Assembly: GCA_001929475.1 (NCBI GenBank)
Contig: LXFE01000119.1
Span: 50,009-70,008 of the forward strand
Origin: Neolecta irregularis DAH-3
Lineage: Eukaryota
Length of the DNA stretch: 20,000 nt
Direction of reading: 5' to 3'
Numbering within the stretch: the first letter of the stretch is position 1; each line of letters opens with the position of its first letter. The position numbers and the translations under genes were made by a program. The notes beneath the pieces were generated by a model. It saw nothing but the letters and a program-made list of their open reading frames with translations. It was not told the DNA's origin and made no database searches. Below, in pieces: positions 10,562-20,000 of this stretch.

Positions 10562-10620
10562 GTTTTGGATTCTGAAGCTGCAACGAGGTGTATATAAAGA
10601 CGACTGAATGGTAAGGGAAC

Positions 10621-11836
10621 ATGGAATCACGGTCAATTTCCACTCCAACCCCTGCCAACCTCTCTTTTTCTATGTCATCATCCGCGCAAGACAATAATAC
10701 AGACCAACATGAAAGTAGCTTTCTTGCAGAAACACCTCTACAGCACAACCAATCATCATATCATCAAGACCTGCAATTTGAGCAGGATACATCTAGCATT
10801 GAAAATATTAATTCCCCAATTGCATCTCCTAGCAAAACTCCAGTACGCATACAAGAGGCTATTCCCACAGACCCAACTTCTCTCTTGTCGTCCATTGGGT
10901 CCACAAATGACGTTATTAAAAGCGTTCTTCTCAAAGACCCCACGCTGAGCAGGCCAAACTTTGACCAAACGGAAGAGTCGATAAACTTGGATGGTATTCC
11001 TTTGCTTAAGAACGACGGTACGACAGCGCTCCCTCTTCAGACATCCCCATCAAAGTTTATGTCGATTACGTCTTCTTCAAGTCCTAGTAAAGTTTCATCA
11101 CCGTCAAAGGTTCCATCGAAGCGACTTACCCCAGGAACGCACCACCCTGATAAACGTAGGAGATTAGATGAAGTCAGAAAGACTCTCCACAAGCCCTTTC
11201 GTTCACCCCTAGTAATGTCATCTTGCGAAATCCGACCGACAGTAAATACGCAATTTGCAAGTCCTGAACAAGAACACATGCCTTGCCAAAATACAAGGGT
11301 CACTCCGCAAGGAAAACGCTTTCATAACTTTTTCAAAAGCCCCCTGTCTTCTTCAAAGACACTAAACCCGGAGACCCAATCTCTCCAAAATCGAGCGAGA
11401 GAACTCGATAAAGTGATTACTCAAGCTAGAAAAGACATAGAGCTGGCTAAAACAGCATATAGCTACGAGTTGAAGGTATTACATTCTACCCTCTTTTTTC
11501 CTGACAAGATAGAACGAAGATTTACGTCTAAAAGAACTAATTCAAAAATGGAAATTAACATCTCAGCAAGCTGCGGACGACATTTACGCTACTGTCTCTG
11601 TGAGGGTGAATGCAGCGGGTGGAATCTCCGCGCTTCGTAGTTCAGCGTGTCAAGAAAACTGGGGCTGGACAGAAGACGATAAGCCTTCAGTCCAAGTCAC
11701 TAGAAATGCTTTTGATCCTCCCCCAAGCAACGCTCCTGAACCGAAGCACAAATTTACAATGGAGATGATGCTTGAGCAACTGAGTATTCCATTTGAGACT
11801 ATCGGGTGGAATACCAACGCAGGGTATTGGGAGTGA
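10621..11836 (+). CDS. SFR1: Swi5-dependent recombination factor Sfr1/Mei5 family protein
   Basis: Exons 10621-11475 and 11513-11836. A long S/P/T-rich disordered N-terminus is followed by a coiled coil, LKELIQKWKLTSQQAA, WGW and FTMEMMLEQLSIPFETIGWN, typical of the Mei5/Sfr1 C-terminal domain. The start could be the ATG at 10672. Confidence 0.8.
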
Positions 11837-11902
11837 TTTGCAGTTGCTACTTCTTTAATTCCATGCTAGATATCGCTAAATTCACAAATTCTGAAAGAAA
11901 AA

Positions 11903-14663
11903 CTATAGCAAAGGCGGTGGAATTGGGAGGCCCGGTTCGTCTCGTCCTTCATTATTTTGAGGCCGATGGTTTTGTTGCTGGCCTTCTCTCAATTGTTGAT
12001 TCTGTCTCCACCAAAGCAAAAATGCGACGAACCCGCAAAGTCCTAGAATCGCAAGGGTCTCTAATATGGAGTCTTCAAAATCTTCGAGATAATCATCCTC
12101 AAGGACATCTTGTTGATAGTCGTCGAGGACATTTTCAGGCATCTTCGTTGACGCTTGAGCTTTTCCTTTGTTCTGGCCTAATGCCGGTTGCTGATATCTT
12201 TTAAATAGCTGTTGAATAGCCGACTTGACGGTTATCTGTGGAGGAGGATCTCATTATGAAAAGAATCAAGAAATGAATCATACTTTCATCATCCCCAATG
12301 CTGTTGATAGGTGCGCCTGTCAACGTATTCCATGCACTCCTAACTCTCAACTTCAATAACGCCAACTGTACGGGAAGCCATGAGTTCGGGCTGATCTGTA
12401 TTGCATGGTCATAGTAGCGCTTCGCAAGATTGTAGTCCTGTTTCATTCCGTACCCATTTTCGTACATCCAACCCAGATTCCAATATGCCATCGGACTCAA
12501 TTTTGTATCTGAAGCCGATGCATAGCAATTTGCTGCTTTTGCGTAATCAGGAGCTGTTCCGATGCCTTTGAAGTAGAAGTCCCCCACTTTTACAATTGCA
12601 TCAATATTGCCTTGGGTGGAGGATCGGGAGTAATAAATCAAGGCAAGTTCTTCGTTCGTGCCGTTTGGCGGTTTTTGCAAGAAGGACAATGAAAGGCGGT
12701 GTTTATCTAATATGTAAACTGAGTAACAATTCAAAGATACCTTGATCAAGAAGGTAGGCGACATTTGTTTGAGCAACTTCGTAACCTTGTTCTGCCGCAA
12801 TCAAGTAACCAATAATAGCTCTGTCAAGATCGCCTGCTTCGATTGCTGCATTGGCATCGGGAATTGTTGAACGACCGCACTCTATCCTTTCTGCGACCGT
12901 TTTATAGTACTAATTTGTTAATATTCACAACAGGAAGATATTTACCAATGTCGCAAGATTGCAGTCTCTTTCTCTTGCTTTTCCGCTGTTACTGAGTTCA
13001 GCAAGATGATATAAAGCTTCAATATTCCCATGCCTTGCAGATGACTCAAATAATTTTAAAGCAACATTCACTTCCTTCCTCTCAAGATATACTTTTCCAA
13101 GATTCATCTGGGCGGGCGCAAAATCTTGATCTGCAGCTGCTTTGAAATACTCGTACCCTCTTTTAATATCCTTTTTCAACCCCAGCCCATTCAAAAACAT
13201 ATATCCTATCCCATTTTGACTGACCGAGTCTCCAAGATCGATTCCTCGTTGAAACCATTGGGCAGCCTTTTCAAAATTCTGAGCGACGCCTTCACCTCGA
13301 AGATACATTCGTCCTATATAACCCGCACTTTTCGCAGCGGCAAGAGCCGTTCCAGGGAGAGGATTCGGAACCATAGCGCCCGATGAAGTCCAGTATTGTC
13401 TAGCAACACCTTGAAAATAAAACAAACTCTTTTGAAAATTTCTATTGGTTGCTCTCGATCCATCGTAGTAGAGTCTTCCGAGTCCAAATTGGCTTGTAAT
13501 ATCACCTTTCTCAGCCATGAATCGAAGATATTCGAGCACATCATCGAGTTCTTTTGACGCATCTGTCGGCTGAGATTTCTTGTGATGGATTGAAATAGTG
13601 GAACTTGCTCCATCGCCGTATATTCCCCCATCATCTTCAGGAAGAGAGTAATCGTGACGTGCAAGATATTGACCACCGGGAGGCCCAGTTTGCCACCATT
13701 TGATTGCTATATTTTGAGAGCTGAAAACACGTAAGGAGGGTACCACTATCAGCTGCTTTTTTGTAATAAACCACAGCGTCTTCGCAGCTTTTAGGCGTTC
13801 CAATCCCGTTGAAGTGTCGATACCCGAGAGTCATCTCGTATCGCACATCGCCTGATAGAGCTGCGAATGTATAGTATAGATGCGCCTTATCATTTCATTT
13901 TTCATCTCAAAGACAAAGATAATACCATTCCCTGATCTCTTGCATTGGCATCACCATACCCCGTTGCATAGAGAAATCCAAGCATAGCTTGCGCAGAAGG
14001 ATTTCCGGTCTTTATCGCTGATTCCGTATACCATTTGATGGCCTCTGGGTAATTTGGTATAATTGAATAGTTGCCATGCTGACCCATCAACATCTGATTC
14101 TCGAAAGCAGTTATACAAAATTGAACTCGCCTAATAGCCACATAGCATCGGAATTCCCTCGTATAGCGGCTTTCTTTAACAATTCTAAAGCATTGTTCAT
14201 CGCATGAGAGTTTGATGACGAGCTGCTATCTTCCAAGCTACGCAGTTGCGAAAACAACACAGAGACGAGGCTGCGAAGGAGGGTTGGAATCACTGAAGGG
14301 GAGGAAGACCTTGATTCTTGCCGGTTATTACGCTTTGAATTTGACTTGAGAGATAACAGGGCAGAGTCAACTAGTGCCATGGCTTCAAAATAAACTTATT
14401 TTGTCCGCTTTCAAGAAACTTACTCTCCTCATCTCTTGCGTCTTCAAAATAGATAGCATCTTTTATTTGACTGAGGTATTCTTCGGAAGATGAATGCTGA
14501 AGTTCTGGAACATACTGTTGCAGAGTGGGATCAAAGACGTGTGGGGAATTTGACTCCTCCTGAGCCGAAACCCCTCTGAGTATACCGAAAAGGCCTGAAT
14601 GTATATTAGAGAAAGTCTTTTCTTTTCTTTATAGGTACTTAAAATGCCATAGTACAACCGCAT
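11903..14663 (-). CDS. HRD3: ERAD SEL1-repeat membrane protein Hrd3/Sel1L
   Basis: Nine exons: 14663-14639, 14594-14424, 14382-14117, 14078-13926, 13885-13744, 13706-12946, 12909-12741, 12706-12284, 12249-11903. Signal peptide MRLYYGILSLFGILRGVSA, many SEL1 repeats (e.g. AYWNLGWMYENGYGMKQDYNLAKRYYD), a C-terminal TM helix and a Pro-rich tail. Confidence 0.93.
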
Positions 14664-14904
14664 TTACTGTGGAGTTGTTGTTCGGGGCAATTCAACCGCA
14701 ACTGACGTTAAGGATCAAAGTAATTTGGCACAAATTATATCTACATCGGGAAAAAAGATAACTATGCTTCTAGTTACCTGCAGTAATGTATAGTAAATTG
14801 AAAATAGTTCGGGATAACCTTGAAGGGAATATTTTGGGCATCAAGCAAAGATGTCAAAGATCAGATCGAGAATGGAAATGGCAGTATTTTAAATGGATAG
14901 ATAT

Positions 14905-15516
14905 TTAATGGCCAGCGCGTCTCGATTCAGCAATGACCTTGTTCATTTCATCAACCTTCTTCTTTGCACGGACATATGTTCCAAGCTAGAAATTAAACAG
15001 TCTTCTAATGGTAGTCGTACCTTGTTCTTGGCATATTTACGGGCTCGCTTATCCTTTCCATTTCTCAATAACTCGACAACTCGGCGTTCATACGGAGCAA
15101 ATCTTGAATAATAAATATTTTTCGTAAATTTTTCGATATACCCAGCAACTTCACGGACCAGTTCCCGCACAAATGAGGTTCGTTTGGCAAGAGCACCTTT
15201 TCGATAGGAGGGTTTTGGCTTAAGTGTTCGAGGGGTGACTTTATGGCCTTTATTCAAGCCGACGGCCAATCCTAATTACATTCAGCAAAAATTCTGGAAG
15301 TTCCGGATAGATAAGCAAAAATAGACGCCGCTGTAGAAGCTCGATTAACGCAATTCCAGTTTTACTGGTTCGTAATATAGAGCGCGGACCTTTTCTTCGC
15401 TTTTTTATTGGATCCCGCACACATGGATACTACAACGACCCGGTCCGGTTAAGAGATCCCCTGTTAAAGAATACTGAATGGCACATACCGGACTTTTGTT
15501 GGGGCTGTGCGGTCAT
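14905..15516 (-). CDS. RPL36: 60S ribosomal protein L36 (eL36)
   Basis: Exons 15516-15489, 15271-15142, 15102-15021, 14985-14905. [13 protein letters not shown]...[28 protein letters not shown]...[15 protein letters not shown]. Confidence 0.98.
15328..15461 (-). ncRNA. Candidate intronic box H/ACA snoRNA, or other structured element, in RPL36 intron 1
   Basis: Hairpin GGATCTC/GGGATCC, then ATAAAA (fits ANANNA), then a hairpin GCTC/GAGC with apical CCAGT-AAA-ACTGG, then ACA+3 nt. It lies in the only long (217-nt) intron of the window. No rRNA target identified. Confidence 0.45.
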
Positions 15517-15632
15517 CTCGGTTCTTGGGTGGTGAGTCTCGGACAGAGATAAAGGTCGAGCGAGGGACTGCTGCAAATTTAATTTAAGGGCATTTCAAAT
15601 TAGCTTCGAGGTAGTTTCACTCCGTCAACCAG

Positions 15633-15746
15633 TTCTGTAAGCTGAGGTCCTCGAGTACAAATAAGACTCGGTTATATTGTTCTAGCTTGAGTTAGGATGC
15701 GCACCCAGCTTGGATTACGAGAACCTAATCTAGGGATGGCGATCCT
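15633..15746 (-). ncRNA. Candidate two-hairpin H/ACA-like ncRNA upstream of RPL36
   Basis: Hairpin 1: AGGAT/ATCCT with apical GATTA/TAATC. Hairpin 2: AAGCT/AGCTT, an internal loop and CGAGT/ACTCG, followed directly by ACA. The hinge AACTCA is not a canonical H box. Confidence 0.35.
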
Positions 15747-15750
15747 GCCT

Positions 15751-15759
15751 CTTTATATA
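15751..15759 (-). promoter_or_regulatory. TATA box-like element
   Basis: TATATAAAG on the minus strand, upstream of the hairpin element and of RPL36. Confidence 0.35.
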
Positions 15760-15887
15760 GGTCTATACCGTTACTCAGCCACTGACTGTATTGTTAAAAT
15801 ATAGCAGACTATATCCTTACAAGTTCGATCAATACAAAAGTGATAAGAGAAGAGAAATAAAAACCACATTGCTTGCTCCAAATGACT

Positions 15888-17106
15888 CTAATTTGAACAT
15901 CGAGACCAAAGTTTTATCATGCCGTCTTCACCACCTGTGTAATATACTTTATTCTACGCCGTCAGCATAACCAGTGAACGAATCAGCGGAAGCACCTCTT
16001 CAAAGATCAGCAATGCACGGATTACATGTTCTCCATGTCCTCCAATTAGTTTTCTTCTCTTTTTCTCGTCAAATGCCATCATGGTGTCAGACATAATTGC
16101 AACTTCAGCATCTCCCCTAAGCTTGTAAATAATCCGCTAAAGTCTGTAAAGGCACTTACCCATTTATTGCCTTTGCGATAACTGGAATCCCAGACCGAAG
16201 ACGCAGTACGTCAATCACATAATCGCATTCCAGCCCAACCCGAAGATCGCCCAATTCTATAGCGGGCCGATCGTCAGATTCAGATGTGGTCAGCGGGAAA
16301 ATCGTCATTGTTTCCATGTGTGAGAGCGCAAATATGTATTCACCACTAAGAAAGTCTGCACAGTGTATCGATGCGGAATGATTCGCTACCTAGGACTCGC
16401 TTAAGAATTCATGGTATCAAGACTATACCTGACAAACAGCATCATCTTCGTCTATCACTTGAGTATCAAAGATATTAACAAGGCCGTCACAACTGCCTGT
16501 GATAAGATGACTGGAATTGAATCGTGAGAAATGGATCTAGAAGTTAGCTCCTCATGATAGACTTGAGAGTGACATCTGTGATATCATCGTTATGCGATTC
16601 TGCATATGATACAAGCGGTAACGATGTTCTCGCATCCCTACCGTAAGTAAAATAATGTTGGTATTTATACCAAATTAGCACCGCCGCATTGCTTTTCACA
16701 AGCTCTGTTCCAACTGCGACTCGACCGGTAGCTTCGTCATAGTCTGCACATAAAAACGGTGTAGAATCTATCGTATCAATGTTATTCTCACAAAGTATCC
16801 GAAGACCTACCCACCTGCAAAAAACTCTCTGACCGCGCTCTTTCCATCTGTTCTTGTATCCCAGAATTTCACTGTCGAGTCTTTTCCGCATGAAAGAACA
16901 ATAAATTGATCGACAGCTTTAATGGCGGTAATGGATTCGTGATGTGCGTTTCTTACTTGCCAAAGGCATTGTAAACTGTTCCGATCAAATCCCCGGATAC
17001 AGTTATCTGATCCACTCGCAATAATCCCGGCGGACATATTCAAAAGACTATACACATATGAATTATTCGCAAATAGAGCCGACACATTCGCTCTGTATGT
17101 TTTCAT
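15888..17106 (-). CDS. WD40-repeat protein, WDR89/YNL035C-like
   Basis: Seven exons: 17106-16815, 16767-16671, 16637-16574, 16536-16429, 16389-16160, 16116-15996, 15953-15888. Motifs [61 protein letters not shown] and [11 protein letters not shown]. Confidence 0.85.
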
Positions 17107-17167
17107 TGAATTTGTCGAGGCCGGAATTTTATTCTCGACTGAGGTGGAACCTCGGCGCAAACACGTC

Positions 17168-18153
17168 ATGGCAAAATCAAAATATGAGTATGTCAGACAA
17201 TTTGAGAAGTCAGATTCTTTACTTCGAAATACTTGGATTGTTGTAAGGGTTGATGGGAGGAGTTTCCATAAGTAATTTGAGGGGTCGCATATATTCACTC
17301 ACTGGAAAGATTTTCTAAAGATCACGCATTCGAGAAGCCTAATGATCGACGGGCGTTAGATTTAATGAACGAATCTGCAAAGAATGTCATGTCGAATTTG
17401 ACTGATATTGTCTTGGCATACGGAGATAGTGATGAATACAGGTGTGATTTTTCCTATCTCGATCACTGATAGCAAGTTTTGTTTTGAATAGATCGAGTAA
17501 TTTGTATGAACGAAGAGAGAGGTATCAGTAACTTTATAAACTCTCATGACCGGAGAGTAAACTAGTATCTACAATCGTTTCAATATTTTCTTCGAATTAT
17601 GTCTTTCGATGGTCGAATTTCTTTCCATCGACACGGTTAAAATACCCACCATCTTTCGACGGCCGAGCTGTTTTGTACCCGAGCGACCAGAACCTCAGGG
17701 ATTACTTGTCTTGGAGACAAGTTGATTGTTCGGCCCTCTTTGTGACATTTTTGACAGTAAAGGTCACATTAATAATCTATATAATACTACATTTTGGACA
17801 CTGGTTCAGAAAGGTGAGTTATCGCCTCAGGAAGCTGAACAGAGACTTATGGCATGTGCCTTTTCTGTGGACTGTACTGACAATTCTAGGGAACATTTGC
17901 GCAGGATAAACATGAAATTCTCTTTTCTCAATTCCATATCAATTACAATCACGAACCAGAGATCTTTAAGAAAGGTAGTGTGATAGTTCGTCAAGCTTCA
18001 GATTGCTCTTCTTGTCATGGTACCCAAATCGAGCATGAAGTACCTATGACCGCCACTAAGGAGAAACGGAAACACAAACTTCCTCTGATTCTACATTGTG
18101 ACATCATTGGGGGTGAATTCTGGAATCAGAGACCTGAACTATTGCAGAAATAA
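17168..18153 (+). CDS. THG1: tRNA(His) guanylyltransferase Thg1
   Basis: Exons 17168-17271, 17310-17441, 17477-17521, 17558-17727, 17763-17851, 17890-18153. [70 protein letters not shown] and [14 protein letters not shown]. Confidence 0.97.
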
Positions 18154-18236
18154 TTTCTATTGAGGATGAAAGACATGAGGCTGTATAAATCATATCATCG
18201 AATCGCAGCAAATTTTGTCCCAATATCCATATACTT

Positions 18237-19151
18237 TTAAACTTTTCTATGAATCGACCACCTAAACTGAACTTCATGATCCCAATCATCAAATGCGCTT
18301 TCCTCACCGGCTCCTTCGATTGTGAACATTTTCTTCATTCTTGTCTCGAAATCACGAATTTCTGATGCATACGCTTGCCTGAGAGGATATATAGAAATGA
18401 ATATCCCTCCTGTTTCTAAAAGCTCTTCAACAACTGAAAGAAGCGTCGACGGATGTTTTTCGGAATATATAGGATCCGAAGCGATTATCAGGTCAAAGGT
18501 TTCAGCACCCCAAGTTGTCTTATCCAGCCAGTTGAGAATTCTTGCCTTTGCATTTCCTCCATGACTAGAATGATTAAGATCAATGTTTTTCACGATATTT
18601 AGCACAATTTCGGGTAGATCAGTGAGGAGAACTGGAGAATTAGGTCGTAAAGCGGCTGCAGTCAATCCGACAAGACCAGTACCACTGCCAAGTTCAAGAA
18701 TATGTCTTGGGTTTGAAGGCAAAATTTGATCTAGTTTCTTGGATAGGACGAAACTTGCACCCCATGTTTTCAACCCCAGATTATCTGATGTCCATGAAGG
18801 TTCATGTAACGCAATCTCAAGGGTCGGAAATATCTTGAATATTCGAGTCATAGCAGGTAGAGCTAAACATCAACGAATAAGCATACTGGAATATATACCA
18901 CACCTTCCACATCTCTCCGAAATTCTCCGCGAGGTAGATTCCCAGATAAGCTCCTTCTGCACATCGTCCTCGATCCAAGCGAGGTCTGAAGAGACAACAG
19001 TAATGAGCCATCCCCATGAATCTGGAGATAAAAAAGATGGTTGAGCGGGAGATTCAAAATTTGGCGGAGACACACGGAAATCCTCGACAAAGTTATAAAG
19101 AACTTGAAATGAAGGACACGATGAAAGATTTGGTGGAATGCGAGGGAACAT
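18237..19151 (-). CDS. SAM-dependent protein-lysine methyltransferase, Methyltransf_16 family (Rrg1/Efm2-like)
   Basis: Exons 19151-18899 and 18862-18237. Motifs RISERCGRCALPAMTR, LHEPSWTSDNLGLKTWGAS, motif I ILELGSGTGLVG, LTDLPEIVLN, LNW and IIASDPIY. Confidence 0.88.
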
Positions 19152-19582
19152 GTGGTTTTATTTCATTTTCTTCGAGGGTGTTCAGTTGTTACTGACTTTA
19201 GTCAATTCGTCAAATTTAAATTTGCCGCGCCAGTTTCGAGCACCACTTTCTTGTAATCTTTTTTTGTCGAATCTTCCCCAAAAGAAAAACAGCTCATAAA
19301 GTGGCCTAAAACAATATTTCATAAATTACACTATTGTGCGGTGTACCAAATGCGCGCGTTAAATTTACATTTGACGAATTGGCTAATTTCATGAAATTTG
19401 GTACCTGCCAAACGCGGCCGAGGTACATTTTTGGGTCGCCATTGGAGTTTGTAATGACCTTTTCAAGCCCTGTATCCGAAATAAGGGGATGTACTTTTTG
19501 CTTTATCTCGAGTTAACTAGCTAACTTGTTGCGGTTTAGTGTAGGGTTACTTAAGACATGAATAAGTGAGTTTAAATAGTAC

Positions 19583-19589
19583 TATAAAA
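19583..19589 (+). promoter_or_regulatory. TATA box
   Basis: TATAAAA begins 39 nt upstream of the ATG at 19622. Confidence 0.5.
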
Positions 19590-19621
19590 TAACACATTAC
19601 TCTTGATCTTCCGGTTTCATA

Positions 19622-20000
19622 ATGTTTATCGGATCTTTTTGTCACGCTGTCGCAGCTTGTTTAACATTCGGCGTTGGTTTAACGTTCGCCCCTGCCGTCG
19701 AGCCTCTATTTGATCGACTCGATCCAATAGATGCCATCAAGATTTTCGAACGCTCTGGGAATTTTCAGTTTCTTGAACTAAAAAATGGCATAACGGCATG
19801 TCAAGGCCTCCGGACGGAATTACTCTCCGGAGAAACTAGGGTGTATACCAAGTGGGAGATGTTTAGGGGCCAACCAAGGGTTCGGGTGAACCTCAAGGTC
19901 TGCGTTGAACAAGCGGCGATAAACCTTGGAAGAGAAATATCCGACTTCTTCGTCTTGAATTGTTCGAGACGTTTAGAACCTTGTTATTGCGAATTGTATG
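19622..20000 (+). CDS. Putative secreted Cys-containing protein of unknown family, truncated by the window edge
   Basis: 126 codons open to the edge: MFIGSFCHAVAACLTFGVGLTFAPAVEPLFDRLDPIDAIKIFERSGNFQFLELKNGITACQGLR...KVCVEQAA...LNCSRRLEPCYCELY. Signal-peptide-like N-terminus and a TATA box upstream. Confidence 0.65.
   Translation, partial: MFIGSFCHAVAACLTFGVGLTFAPAVEPLFDRLDPIDAIKIFERSGNFQFLELKNGITACQGLRTELLSGETRVYTKWEMFRGQPRVRVNLKVCVEQAAINLGREISDFFVLNCSRRLEPCYCELY

Noticed and set aside
9869..11303. Overlapping or antisense ORFs across MDM12 and SFR1, and the GTG-start extension of MDM12 to 10648
   Set aside because: These are shadow ORFs of long coding exons; the conserved Mdm12 N-terminus begins at ATG 10561.
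12707..12740. U12-type (minor) intron suggested by the donor GTATCTTT (also GTATCTTA at 4340)
   Set aside because: No TCCTTAAC-like branch point, the donors deviate from RTATCCTT, and the lengths (34 and 41 nt) match the ordinary introns.
17107..17298. N-terminal extension of the WD40 ORF to the ATG at 17298
   Set aside because: It overlaps conserved THG1 exon 1 in antisense, and WD40-like sequence begins only near 17106.

Overview
Eukaryotic (fungal) chromosomal DNA that is very gene-dense and intron-rich, so the ORF track shows only exon fragments. Manual splicing gives 12 complete genes: a 2OG-Fe(II) oxygenase-like gene (+), a PSR1-type CTD-like phosphatase (+), VPS28 (-), DAD3 (-), GWT1 (+), MDM12 (-), SFR1/MEI5 (+), HRD3/SEL1 (-), RPL36 (-), a WDR89-like WD40 gene (-), THG1 (+) and an RRG1/EFM2-type methyltransferase (-). 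Two partial genes at the window edges are absent from the ORF track: a probable membrane protein (-, left) and a probable secreted Cys-containing orphan (+, right). About 47 introns were inferred; all but one are 33-47 nt with weak splice signals. The DASH and ERMES subunits and the tiny introns point to a compact ascomycete genome, possibly Taphrinomycotina (inference only). Main oddities: three head-to-head gene pairs with start codons only 57/59/61 nt apart; a 217-nt structured RPL36 intron with H/ACA-snoRNA-like architecture; a second two-hairpin+ACA element upstream of RPL36; a required GC-AG intron in THG1 that competes with a perfect GT donor; and a ~2 kb gene-free gap holding a ~400-nt inverted-repeat-bounded structured segment and a 146-bp tandem duplication. 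All product calls come from recognising motifs by eye, not from database searches.
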